From assembly GCA_963718525.1 (NCBI GenBank), contig OY970355.1, positions 3,168,001-3,232,000 of the forward strand: DNA of 64,000 bases, in the 5' to 3' direction. A program made the translations under genes and the position numbers. The notes under the pieces are model-generated. The model did not search any database, was not told the origin of the DNA, and worked only from the letters and a program-made list of their open reading frames with translations. Positions 20,091-29,159 of the stretch are shown piece by piece. This DNA comes from Candidatus Dormiibacterota bacterium (lineage in GTDB: Bacteria > Chloroflexota > Dormibacteria > Aeolococcales > Aeolococcaceae). Each line of letters begins with the position of its first letter. The stretch's first letter is position 1.

Positions 20091-21662
20091 ATGGCAACCC
20101 ATAACCCGTCGATGAGCTCGCTCGAGGCTGACGTCCTGGTCATCGGAGGCGGCTCGACGGGCGCCGGCGTGGCCTGGGATGCTGCGCTCCGAGGCTTCTC
20201 CACCATCCTGGTGGAGCGCCGCGATCTGGCGGACGGGACCACCGGTCGATTTCACGGCCTCCTCCACTCGGGCGGCCGTTACGCGGTCAAGGATCCGTCC
20301 GCCGCCCGCGAGTGCATCGCGGAGAACCGGGTCCTGCGCGTGACTGCAGCCGATTGCATCGAGGATACCGGGGGACTCTTCGTGTCGACGCCGTGGGACG
20401 ACCCGGAGTACGGCGACCAGTTCCTCGAGGGGTGCAGGGCGACCGGCGTTCCCGCTGAGGAGATCCCGGTCGGTGAGGCGCTCCGTCGCGAGCCGCGTGT
20501 GAATCCCGACATCCGGCGCGCCTTCCTCGTCCCCGACGCGTCACTGGACCCGTGGAAGCTGGTCTGGGGATGCGCTCGGTCAGCTGAGGAGCACGGGGCG
20601 CGGATCCTTCCGTACCACCGCGTTCTCGATCTCGAGGTCGACGGTGACCGGGTCGTGGGCGCACGGGTTCGCAACGAGCACGGCGGCGAGGAATTCCGCA
20701 TTCACGCCACTGTTGTCATCAACGCCGCGGGTGCCTGGGCCGGACAGATCGCGGAACTGGCACATTGCAAGGTCAATGTCCGCGCCGGGATGGGTCTGAT
20801 GATCGCGATGAACCACCGGCTCGTGCAGATGTGCGTCAACCGATGCAAGCGGCCGGCGGACGGCGACATCCTGCTGCCGCTTCGCACCGCGTGCGTGATC
20901 GGAACCACCGATGTCTTTGTTCCGGATCCTGACCAGACCGAGATCCGCCAGGAGGACATCGACCTCCTCCTCGACGAGGGAGAGAAGCTGGTGCCTGGCT
21001 TTCGCCAGGCTCGGGCTCTGCACGCGTGGGCGGGCGTGCGACCGCTCTTCGAGGATACCGACACGGTTGCCGAGACACGGGATGTCACGCGCTCGCACGC
21101 CCTGCTCGATCATTCGGCGCGCGAAGGCGTCGCAGGATTCGTGACCATCACCGGCGGTAAGACGACGACATTCCGGTTGATGGCCGAGGCGGCTGTCGAC
21201 GCCGCGTGCCTGCAGCTTGGCGGACCCCGCGTCTGCCGGACCGCCGAGGTCCCCCTCGTGGGTTCCGAGAGTCACGTCGCGTACCAGATCGGCAGCCGGC
21301 TGGCCGAACGCGAACCGGTCCCGCAGGCCGACGAGATCATCTGCGAATGCGAGTTGATCACCAGGACGCGGCTCGAGGACACGATCCGACAGCGCGACAC
21401 GACGAGCCTCGACGACATCCGGCGTCTTCTCAGGCTGGGCATGGGGCCGTGCCAGGGTGGGTTCTGCATGTACAGGGTGACCGGCATCCTGCACGCCGGC
21501 GGGAGCGTCGACCACCTGAGTGCAAATCGCGCGCTGCTCGACTTTCTCGAGGAGCGATGGAAGGGGTTGCACCCCATCCTGCACGGCGACCAGCTGCGCC
21601 AGGCGAGGCTCGACGACTGGATCTTTCAGGGCATCCTCGACGTTGAGCACCTTCCCGCATGA
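20091..21662 (+). CDS. glpA: Anaerobic glycerol-3-phosphate dehydrogenase subunit A
   Basis: VIGGGSTGAG, GTTGRFHGLLHSGGRYAV, AGVRPL, ITGGKTTT, C-terminal BFD-like ICECE...GMGPCQGGFC. Confidence 0.95.
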   Translation: MATHNPSMSSLEADVLVIGGGSTGAGVAWDAALRGFSTILVERRDLADGTTGRFHGLLHSGGRYAVKDPSAARECIAENRVLRVTAADCIEDTGGLFVSTPWDDPEYGDQFLEGCRATGVPAEEIPVGEALRREPRVNPDIRRAFLVPDASLDPWKLVWGCARSAEEHGARILPYHRVLDLEVDGDRVVGARVRNEHGGEEFRIHATVVINAAGAWAGQIAELAHCKVNVRAGMGLMIAMNHRLVQMCVNRCKRPADGDILLPLRTACVIGTTDVFVPDPDQTEIRQEDIDLLLDEGEKLVPGFRQARALHAWAGVRPLFEDTDTVAETRDVTRSHALLDHSAREGVAGFVTITGGKTTTFRLMAEAAVDAACLQLGGPRVCRTAEVPLVGSESHVAYQIGSRLAEREPVPQADEIICECELITRTRLEDTIRQRDTTSLDDIRRLLRLGMGPCQGGFCMYRVTGILHAGGSVDHLSANRALLDFLEERWKGLHPILHGDQLRQARLDDWIFQGILDVEHLPA

Positions 21663-22942
21663 GCTACGACACCCTGGTTGTCGGCGCGGGACTCGCGGGG
21701 TTGACGGCAGCGCTTCGTCTCACCGAGCAGGGCCAGCGCGTGCTGGTCGCCGCTCGAGGGGTGGGTGCGACGCATCTCGCGCCTGCGACGGTCGATGTCC
21801 TCGGCTATGTCGGCGATGCGCGTGTCGACAGCCCGTCTCGGTCACTGGCGGCGCTGATTGCGAGTGCGCCCGACCACCCCTACCGCCATGTTTCCGCTGA
21901 CCGGCTCGCCACGGCTGTCGCGTGGTTCGGCGCACGCGCCGGCACCCTGGGTTATTCGGGCAACCTCGACGCGAACATGCTCCTCCCGACCGTGCTGGGG
22001 GTGCCGAAACCGTCGGCGCTGGCTCCGCAAACCATGACGGGCGGGGACCTTCGGGCTGGCGGGCGGTTCGCGTTTGTCGGCTTCAAGGGTTTCAAGGATT
22101 TCCATGCGCCGCTGATCGCCGACAACCTAGGCCGTGCCCGCCTTGAGGCCCCGATCAGCGCTCGGGCGATCGAGCTCGATCCGCCATCCAGCCGCCTCGG
22201 CGACCTCAGCGGACGGGTGCTCGCCGGCAGGTTCGACCACGGTGAACTCGCTGACTGGCTCGCCGCCGCGCTGATGGATCGCACCGACGCCGACGAACGC
22301 ATCGGTCTGCCCGCGGTCCTCGGGCTGCGCAAAGCCGTCGAGACCTGGCGCGACCTCGAGTCGAGGTTGGGGCGGAAGGTCTTCGAGGTCGCCCCGTTGC
22401 CGCCGTCGATGCCCGGTATACGTCTCTACGAAGCAATGGCTGCCGCACTGCGCGCCGGCGGTGCGCGCATCGTCCATGGGGTGAGGGTGTCCGGCGCCCA
22501 CGGGAGCAACCGCCGGATCGAGAGTGTCGATGTCATCAACGCGACCGGCGCTGTCTCGTACCCGGTCCAATCCGTGGTGCTCGCCTCGGGCGGCTTCGCC
22601 AGCGGTGGGCTCGAACTCGATTCGTTCGGCACGACGCGCGAGACGGTGTTCGACCTCCCTGTGACCGGCGTCCCGTCGTCCGATCGGGTTCGGTTCGCTC
22701 CTCGATACTTCGACGCGCAACCACTCGCAGCCGCCGGGGTGGCAACCGATGGTCTGCTGCGGCCCATCGACGCCGCGGGAGGCCCGGTGTACGCGAACCT
22801 GTATGCGGCAGGCGCGATCATCGGCGGCGCGGTCCCGTGGAAAGAGAAGTCAGGCACAGGGATCAGCATTGCCACCGGCTACGCCGCGGCCGAGGCGATC
22901 CTCGCACCAACGACGCTGCCCGCCACCGAGGCGGTCCGATGA
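21659..22942 (+). CDS. glpB: Anaerobic glycerol-3-phosphate dehydrogenase subunit B
   Basis: VVGAGLAG, LPAVLG, PPSMPGIRL, LASGGFASGGL, EKSGTGISIATG; ATGA overlap with glpA. Confidence 0.93.
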   Translation: MSYDTLVVGAGLAGLTAALRLTEQGQRVLVAARGVGATHLAPATVDVLGYVGDARVDSPSRSLAALIASAPDHPYRHVSADRLATAVAWFGARAGTLGYSGNLDANMLLPTVLGVPKPSALAPQTMTGGDLRAGGRFAFVGFKGFKDFHAPLIADNLGRARLEAPISARAIELDPPSSRLGDLSGRVLAGRFDHGELADWLAAALMDRTDADERIGLPAVLGLRKAVETWRDLESRLGRKVFEVAPLPPSMPGIRLYEAMAAALRAGGARIVHGVRVSGAHGSNRRIESVDVINATGAVSYPVQSVVLASGGFASGGLELDSFGTTRETVFDLPVTGVPSSDRVRFAPRYFDAQPLAAAGVATDGLLRPIDAAGGPVYANLYAAGAIIGGAVPWKEKSGTGISIATGYAAAEAILAPTTLPATEAVR

Positions 22943-24204
22943 ACGATGCCATCCGCGACTCGCTCGATCACTGCGTGAAGTGCACGATCTGCGAGACGTT
23001 TTGCCCTGTATCCCAGGCCACGCCGCTGTTCCCCGGACCCAAATACGCGGGACCGCAGGCGGAGCGATACCGCGGCGCCGGACCATCGCCGGACTCGTCG
23101 GTCGACTACTGCTCGGGATGCGGAATCTGCACGCAGGTCTGCCCCCAGGACGTGAAGATCGCCGAGATCAACTCGCGGGCACGCGCGCAACTGTGGGAAC
23201 GGCGCGGCATCCCACTCCGCAACCAGCTGATCGCCCGACCCACGGTGATTGGACGCCTAGGAGCCCCGGTGGCGCCCCTGGCGAACTGGGCACTCCACAA
23301 TCGTGTCGTTCGCAGTCTCGTGCAGAGCGTGATCGGCATCCACCGTGATGCGCCCATGCCGAGCTTTGCGGGGAGGACATTCCAGTCACGCGCTCGCCGC
23401 AATCGCGGGCCCGCCAGCGATGCACCTGCGGTTGTCTATTTCCACGGCTGCGGGACCAACTATTACGAGCCGCACGTCGGCGAGATGGTGGTGGCCGTCC
23501 TCGAGCACAACGGGTTTCGGGTCATCATTCCACCGCAGGATTGCTGTGGCCTCCCGCTGCAGTCCAACGGGAATTTCCGTGCGGCACGGACCTACATACG
23601 CCGGCTGGCCGGCAACCTCGCGCCGCACGCGCGCGCCGGGCTTCCAATCGTTTCGAACTCCACCAGTTGCGGGCTGATGCTCAAGCGCGAAGCGCACGAG
23701 ATCCTCGGCATCGACGACGCGGATCTCACGGTCGTGAGTGGCGCCATGTTCGATCTCTGCGAGTTCCTGTTCCGTCTGCACGAGCAGGGAAAACTGCGCA
23801 CCGACTTCGGATCACTGCCGCTGACCGTGCCGTACCACGCTCCGTGCCAGCAGCGCGGCCACGGCATCGGCAAACCGGCTCTCGACCTGCTCGCGCTCGT
23901 CCCCGACCTGCACATGATCGAGCTCGATGTCGACTGCTGCGGGATTGCGGGGACGTACGGGCTCAAGAAGGAGAAGTACGGGATCTCGATGGCGGTCGGC
24001 GAACGCCTTTTCAGCGACATCGCGGCAACCGGCTCCGACCTCGCGGCGTGCGACAGCGAGACGTGCCGCTGGCAGATCGCGCACGGCGCAGGCGTCACTG
24101 CGGTGCACCCGATCGAGCTGCTCTACCGGGCGTACAGGCTCGACGGGATGCCCCAACCTGGGGAGGTCAGAGCGGGCGCACAACACGCAACCGTGGACGC
24201 CTGA
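22939..24204 (+). CDS. glpC: Anaerobic glycerol-3-phosphate dehydrogenase subunit C (Fe-S, CCG domains)
   Basis: CVKCTICETFCP, FPGPKYAGPQAER, CSGCGICTQVCP, YFHGC, DCCG, CCGIAGTYG. Confidence 0.94.
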   Translation: MNDAIRDSLDHCVKCTICETFCPVSQATPLFPGPKYAGPQAERYRGAGPSPDSSVDYCSGCGICTQVCPQDVKIAEINSRARAQLWERRGIPLRNQLIARPTVIGRLGAPVAPLANWALHNRVVRSLVQSVIGIHRDAPMPSFAGRTFQSRARRNRGPASDAPAVVYFHGCGTNYYEPHVGEMVVAVLEHNGFRVIIPPQDCCGLPLQSNGNFRAARTYIRRLAGNLAPHARAGLPIVSNSTSCGLMLKREAHEILGIDDADLTVVSGAMFDLCEFLFRLHEQGKLRTDFGSLPLTVPYHAPCQQRGHGIGKPALDLLALVPDLHMIELDVDCCGIAGTYGLKKEKYGISMAVGERLFSDIAATGSDLAACDSETCRWQIAHGAGVTAVHPIELLYRAYRLDGMPQPGEVRAGAQHATVDA

Positions 24205-24206
24205 GC

Positions 24207-24434
24207 ATGTCCAGGCGCCGCAGACCACGACCCGTGGTCCAGGAATCTCCCAACGGTCAGGCGGTGATGCGCGTCGACGACGTGCTGCTCCTGCGCGGCG
24301 AGCGCGGGACATGGCTCATCGACATCAACGTCCGCTCCTCCCGCGGGTCCCGCTCACTGCAGATCCCGATCGGCAAGCACCGCGCCATCGACCGCCTGGC
24401 CTGGGAGCTCAGAAGGAGCGAGACCCCGTCCTGA
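24207..24434 (+). CDS. Small hypothetical protein (75 aa)
   Basis: Starts 2 nt after the glpC stop (MSRRRRPRPVVQESPNG...WELRRSETPS); plausible codon usage; no recognised motif. Confidence 0.55.
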   Translation: MSRRRRPRPVVQESPNGQAVMRVDDVLLLRGERGTWLIDINVRSSRGSRSLQIPIGKHRAIDRLAWELRRSETPS

Positions 24435-24448
24435 GCGGTGTGGGTCGT

Positions 24449-25114
24449 CTAGCCGTGCGCCGGCGAGGACGAAGCCAGCTCTCCCAGCGGGAGCACGCTG
24501 CGCGCGCCAACGAGCAGGGAGTCGCAGACCAGCGCCACGCAGCGCTGCCGCTGCGGAGCGTCCATGAACAGCGGGTCGGCATGGCTGAGGCCGGCCATCA
24601 TCGCCGACACATCCGTGATGGTCACGTCGGGGCGGATCAGCCCGGCTTGCTGAGCCTTCTGGAGGAGCTCGGTGACAGCGTCAATCAGATCGCCGGAGAT
24701 CTCCTGCTTGGTCGCGCTGAGGTCGACGCCCGATGCGGCCATGGCGTCCGCGAGCGCCTTGAAATCCGCGAATTCATCACAGAGACGGCGAACAAAGCTG
24801 ACGAACGCCTCCCCCGGGTCGTCGGCAGCAGCTGCGGACCGAGCCGCGGCAACGAGCGGCGTGATCCGAGCCATCAGCAGCGCCTCGAACAGCGCACCCT
24901 TGGTCGGGAAATTCCGGTACACGGTGCCGACACCAACCTGCGCCCGCTGCGCGATCTCATCGACGGGGACGTCGATGCCGTGAGTGGCCATCAAGCTCGT
25001 GGCCGCCTCGAGGATCCGTTCCCGGTTGCGCTGTGCGTCGGCTCGAAGGTGCCGCTCAGACATCTGCGGCGCGGCCTCGACGAGCTGCTCTCCCTCGGTT
25101 GTCCCCGTGATCAT
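24449..25114 (-). CDS. TetR/AcrR family regulator
   Basis: LRADAQRNRERILEAA...VDEIAQRAQVGVGTVYRNFPTK. Confidence 0.92.
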   Translation of the reverse strand: MITGTTEGEQLVEAAPQMSERHLRADAQRNRERILEAATSLMATHGIDVPVDEIAQRAQVGVGTVYRNFPTKGALFEALLMARITPLVAAARSAAAADDPGEAFVSFVRRLCDEFADFKALADAMAASGVDLSATKQEISGDLIDAVTELLQKAQQAGLIRPDVTITDVSAMMAGLSHADPLFMDAPQRQRCVALVCDSLLVGARSVLPLGELASSSPAHG

Positions 25115-25131
25115 CGGTCGTCCTACCTGGG

Positions 25132-25187
25132 TTGACAAACGGAACCATCGTTCCGTATAGTACTCCATAAGCGGAGCCCACGCTCCG
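25132..25187 (+). promoter_or_regulatory. MFS promoter with two TetR-type operators
   Basis: TTGACA (25132), 18 nt, TATAGT (25156); palindromes ACGGAAC-N4-GTTCCGT (25139-25156) and CGGAGC-N4-GCTCCG (25172-25187). Confidence 0.7.
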
Positions 25188-25215
25188 ATTCTACCCCAAA
25201 GTGAGGACGAACGCT

Positions 25216-26709
25216 ATGCAACCAAGACGCGTCAACCCCTGGGTCGTCCTCGTGATCGTGGGCATCGCGCAGTTCATGGTCATTCTCGACGCGACCATCG
25301 TCAACGTCGCGCTTCCCTCGATTCAGCACGGTCTGCACTTCTCGGCGCCCAGCCTGCAGTGGATCGTGAATGCGTACACGCTGGCGTTCGGCGGCTTCCT
25401 GATGCTCGGCGGTCGCGCCGCCGACCTTCTGGGACGTCGTCGTCTGTTCCTTCTGGGAATCGTGCTGTTCTCCGCCGCCTCGCTCATGAACGGGCTTGCG
25501 GGTTCGGCCGGGATCCTCGTCGCAGGCCGTGCGATTCAGGGCCTGGGCGGGGCGTTGGTGACGCCTGCGGCTCTTTCGGTGCTGACCACGACCTTTGCAG
25601 AGGGCCGGGAGCGGACGACCGCCCTTGGCGTGTGGAGCGCGATTGCCGTGGGCGGTGGAGCGATCGGCCTCCTGCTCGGTGGCGTGCTCACCAGCCTTCT
25701 CTCGTGGCAGTGGATCTTCTTCGTGAACGTTCCGGTGGGCGTGGTCGCATTCGTGCTCGCACTCCGATTCGTGCCCGAGAGCCGGGTTGAGAACGCACGT
25801 GGCGGTGTCGACATCGCAGGTGCGGTGTCGGTCACGGGAGGACTCGTGGTGCTCGTGTATGCCCTCGTCAACGCTCAGTCGGCCGGCTGGCTGTCAGCAG
25901 AGACCCTCGGCCTGGGAGCCCTCGCGGTGGCGCTTCTCGCCGCGTTCGTGGTGCTCGAGACGCGGCTCCGCCATCCGCTGATCCGGCTTGGCATCTTCCG
26001 GATGCGCTCGATCACCGGGGCTAACGCAGCGATGCTCCTCGTCGCGGGTGGCATGTTCGCGCTGTTCTTCTTCGCATCGATCTACGTGCAGGAAGTCCTC
26101 GGGTACAGCGCTCTCCGGGCAGGACTCGCCTTCCTTCCTGTGACGGCCGGCATCATCGCGGGCGCGGGCATCTCACAGCAGCTCATCCGGCGTGTGGGCG
26201 TTCGTGCGGTCGGGCTCACCGGCATGTCGATCGCTGCCGTCGGGCTCATCGTCCTGAGCCGGATCCCGGTGCACGGCACCTACCTTGGAGATCTGCTTCC
26301 CGGCCTGATGATCATGGCCGTCGGCATGGGCCTCACCTTCGTGCCCATCACGCTGATCGCGACCACCAACGTGGCTGCTGAGGACGCCGGACTTGCCTCG
26401 GGACTGCTCAACACCGCCCAGCAGCTCGGTGGTGCGATCGGGCTGGCGGTGCTGTCGACGCTGGCAGCAAACACCACCGCGAACACGCTCTCATCGCTGG
26501 GTCACGCGCCCAGTGCGGCGGACGGAGTCAGCGCACTTGTCGCCGGGTTCCACGTCGCGTTCCTGGTCGGCGCATTCCTCATGCTGTCCGGCGCGGTGAT
26601 CCTGGCGGCCACCGTGCGCCGTGGCGACGTCTCGCGAATCGACGACACCAACGAGCATCCAGAGGAGGGGCTGGATACCGAGCCGGTCGCCGAGCTGATC
26701 GCGAGTTGA
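25216..26709 (+). CDS. DHA2 (EmrB/QacA-type) 14-TMS MFS efflux transporter
   Basis: QFMVILDATIVNVALPSI, GGRAADLLGRRR, WIFFVNVPVG, ASGLLNTAQQLGG. Confidence 0.93.
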   Translation: MQPRRVNPWVVLVIVGIAQFMVILDATIVNVALPSIQHGLHFSAPSLQWIVNAYTLAFGGFLMLGGRAADLLGRRRLFLLGIVLFSAASLMNGLAGSAGILVAGRAIQGLGGALVTPAALSVLTTTFAEGRERTTALGVWSAIAVGGGAIGLLLGGVLTSLLSWQWIFFVNVPVGVVAFVLALRFVPESRVENARGGVDIAGAVSVTGGLVVLVYALVNAQSAGWLSAETLGLGALAVALLAAFVVLETRLRHPLIRLGIFRMRSITGANAAMLLVAGGMFALFFFASIYVQEVLGYSALRAGLAFLPVTAGIIAGAGISQQLIRRVGVRAVGLTGMSIAAVGLIVLSRIPVHGTYLGDLLPGLMIMAVGMGLTFVPITLIATTNVAAEDAGLASGLLNTAQQLGGAIGLAVLSTLAANTTANTLSSLGHAPSAADGVSALVAGFHVAFLVGAFLMLSGAVILAATVRRGDVSRIDDTNEHPEEGLDTEPVAELIAS

Positions 26710-26792
26710 TGCCATGCGCACAGTCCTCGCCAACCAGATGTGTGCGCTGGGAACGAAGTTTCTCGACATGACTCCTGACACAGTTACTGACG

Positions 26793-27168
26793 ATGACACC
26801 CATGCACACCGCCTTCCGTCGCATCGGCCTTGGAGCGAGTGACATGGCATCGAGCGCGATCCGCGACTCCGGCGGCGAGCCGGACGACCCCGCGCCGGTA
26901 ACGGCGCCGATCAATCAGGCCAGGTGGCGTAAGCGCATTCGCGCGACCGGCACCGTCCAGGCTCTGCGGGTCCAGGAGACGGAGACCGGGTCGAGCCTGG
27001 GGTGCGAGATCGGCGATGAGGCCGGCAGCCTTCTTCTGGTCTTTCCCGGGCGGAGGCGCATCCCCGGGATCGAATTGGGCGCCAGAGTCCTCGTCGAAGG
27101 GATGGTGGGACTTCTGGCGCCGCCAACTCGCAATCCTGAATCCGTACTACGAGCTGGTCAGCGAATAA
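26793..27168 (+). pseudogene. Small OB-fold nucleic-acid-binding protein, frameshifted at 27107-27109
   Basis: CEIGDEAGSLLLVFPGRRRIPGIELGARVLVEGMV continues in another frame as DFWRRQLAILNPYYELVSE*, which matches the usual NPxYEL terminus of this family. Confidence 0.7.
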
Positions 27169-27194
27169 GCCTCGAGGCGTCGGGCGCGCGGGGC

Positions 27195-28142
27195 TCAGGC
27201 GATGGCGCGTGCGTCGGCGCCGGCGCAACCGTCTGGGCCGAGCGCGGTCATCACCACTCGTTTTGTCGCGGTGAGCGAACCCGCGAACGGGGCGCGATAC
27301 GTCCCGGAAAGTGGGGCGACGTCCGCGTAATCGCGACCCACGGCGACGGTGATGTATTCGTATCCGGTCGCGCGACCGTGCGTGGGGTCGAGAGACAGCA
27401 CGCGAGCATGACCCGCACCGTCGGGCAGCAGCACCTCGACCCAGGCGTGAGACCCTCCGAACCCGAGCATCTGGCCTGACACGTACCTTGATGCAAGCCC
27501 GAGGCGATGGGTCAGCGCGAGCAGGACGTGCGCATAGTCCTGGCATACTCCGGCGCCTCGGGCCAGGGCTTCGGCCGCGGTGGTGTGGACCGACGTGGCG
27601 CCGTGCTCATACGTCAGCGAGTTGTGTACGCATTCGTTCGCCGCAGTTGCGAGCGCACCCCCGGTCAGGCCGCTCACTCGCAACTCCTCGACGAGACGGT
27701 CGATTGAGCCGCCGGCATCGGTGAGCCGTGTCGCGTCGAGCAGGCTGCGATCCTCGAGCATCGCTCCTGGGACGAGGTGGGGGCCATGGTGGGCGTCGCG
27801 CTCGACGACGGAGGAGGTGACGAAGGTGACCTCCTTCTCGACATGCGGGATGTTCAGCGTGACCACCGTGTTCCCGAACGAGTCCACGCTGGCGTCGATG
27901 CGACGAGGAATCGCGTCGAGGACGCTGAGGCGGCGGCTGATCCGGCGCTGATCACCATGCACGGTCCGCGGTTGGAGCACGAGCCGCTGCTGCAGCGAGC
28001 TGACCGGACCCTCATAGCGATACGTGATGCGTTGTTGAATCCTGTAGCGGGTCCTCTGCACGCGATTCCAGTCCAGCTGGAGCGGGTCCGATGACCAGCT
28101 CCGCCCCGAATCCGAGAGTGCGGACGGCGGCTTCAACGTCAT
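27195..28142 (-). CDS. Transglutaminase-like protein (N-terminal beta domain plus TGc core)
   Basis: DSFGN, GAGVCQDYAH, ASRYVSG, SHAWVEV, LDPTHG, VAVGRDYADVAP; intact Cys-His-Asp. Confidence 0.92.
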   Translation of the reverse strand: MTLKPPSALSDSGRSWSSDPLQLDWNRVQRTRYRIQQRITYRYEGPVSSLQQRLVLQPRTVHGDQRRISRRLSVLDAIPRRIDASVDSFGNTVVTLNIPHVEKEVTFVTSSVVERDAHHGPHLVPGAMLEDRSLLDATRLTDAGGSIDRLVEELRVSGLTGGALATAANECVHNSLTYEHGATSVHTTAAEALARGAGVCQDYAHVLLALTHRLGLASRYVSGQMLGFGGSHAWVEVLLPDGAGHARVLSLDPTHGRATGYEYITVAVGRDYADVAPLSGTYRAPFAGSLTATKRVVMTALGPDGCAGADARAIA

Positions 28143-29047
28143 CCGATCGCCCCGGAAAATTCGCCGGCGAATTCGCCCACCACTGGGGGAATCGCACTCG
28201 ACCAGGGAGGCGCGTCGACCGGCTCCGCGACGACGCGCATGGAACGAAGTGGGGCGGCTCCGTAGTGGGTCATCATCGCGATGTCGAGGGCGTCACGGCC
28301 TCGTCCGATGAGCACCCGACCGGTACGCGGCGTGTTGTTGCGTGGATCGAACGTGTACCAGCGGTCGCCGACATACGCCTCGAGCCAGGCTGCGAAGTCC
28401 ATCGGCTCGTCCAGCGGCGGAACATCGATATCGGGCAGGTATCCGAAGCAGTACCGCGCCGGGATGTTCAGTCCTCGCAGGAAGGTGACCGCGAGATGGG
28501 CGAAGTCGCGGCAGACGCCGGCTCGCTGCAGGTAGACGTCGGTCGCACCTGTCGACGTGCCGCTGCTTCCGTGCCGGAACGTGATGTTCTCGTGCACCCA
28601 GTCGACAACCGCCTGGACACGCCCCCAACCCGGCGCGATGTCACCGAACAGTCGCCATGCGGTATTGCCAAGCGTGTCCGACTCGCAGTAGCGGCTCGCC
28701 AGGGTGAAATGGAGGGTCGAGTCGGGGAGGTCCGCCACCGCGGCCTGGACCGCCCTTTCATTGACCTCGTCCACGCCGCTATTCACCTCGACCTCCGCCT
28801 CATACCTGATCCGCGTGCTCCCGGGCCCGAGCACGAAGCGCTGGCACTTGTTCCCGTACAGGTCGGTGTATCCGTGCAGGTCGGTCGGGGGCCAGGTTGC
28901 GACTCCGGTGGCGCTCATCGCGAGAACCGCATCGGGGCGCGGCTCCACCTGGAGGACGAAGGTGACGGGCCACTCGAGGTCATGGAGAAATTCACAACCC
29001 ACGCGGAGCCTCCGACGGCTCGTGGGGGCCTCGATCACGATCCTCAC
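28139..29047 (-). CDS. Transglutaminase-like protein (second subfamily)
   Basis: DLYGN, SRYCESD, GVCRDFAH, PARYCFGYL, MDFAAWLE, FDPRNN, GRDALD. Start estimated (GTG 29047 or 29038). Confidence 0.9.
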   Translation of the reverse strand: MRIVIEAPTSRRRLRVGCEFLHDLEWPVTFVLQVEPRPDAVLAMSATGVATWPPTDLHGYTDLYGNKCQRFVLGPGSTRIRYEAEVEVNSGVDEVNERAVQAAVADLPDSTLHFTLASRYCESDTLGNTAWRLFGDIAPGWGRVQAVVDWVHENITFRHGSSGTSTGATDVYLQRAGVCRDFAHLAVTFLRGLNIPARYCFGYLPDIDVPPLDEPMDFAAWLEAYVGDRWYTFDPRNNTPRTGRVLIGRGRDALDIAMMTHYGAAPLRSMRVVAEPVDAPPWSSAIPPVVGEFAGEFSGAIG

Positions 29048-29159
29048 TGTACCGCCGAATCGAGGCGTGTGAACCGCTCTGAATGCACAATCGCCGGCGC
29101 CACCCCTTGTGCACGGCGACCAATGACGATGTGCCGGATGCGGGGAGTACTGTCCGTGG

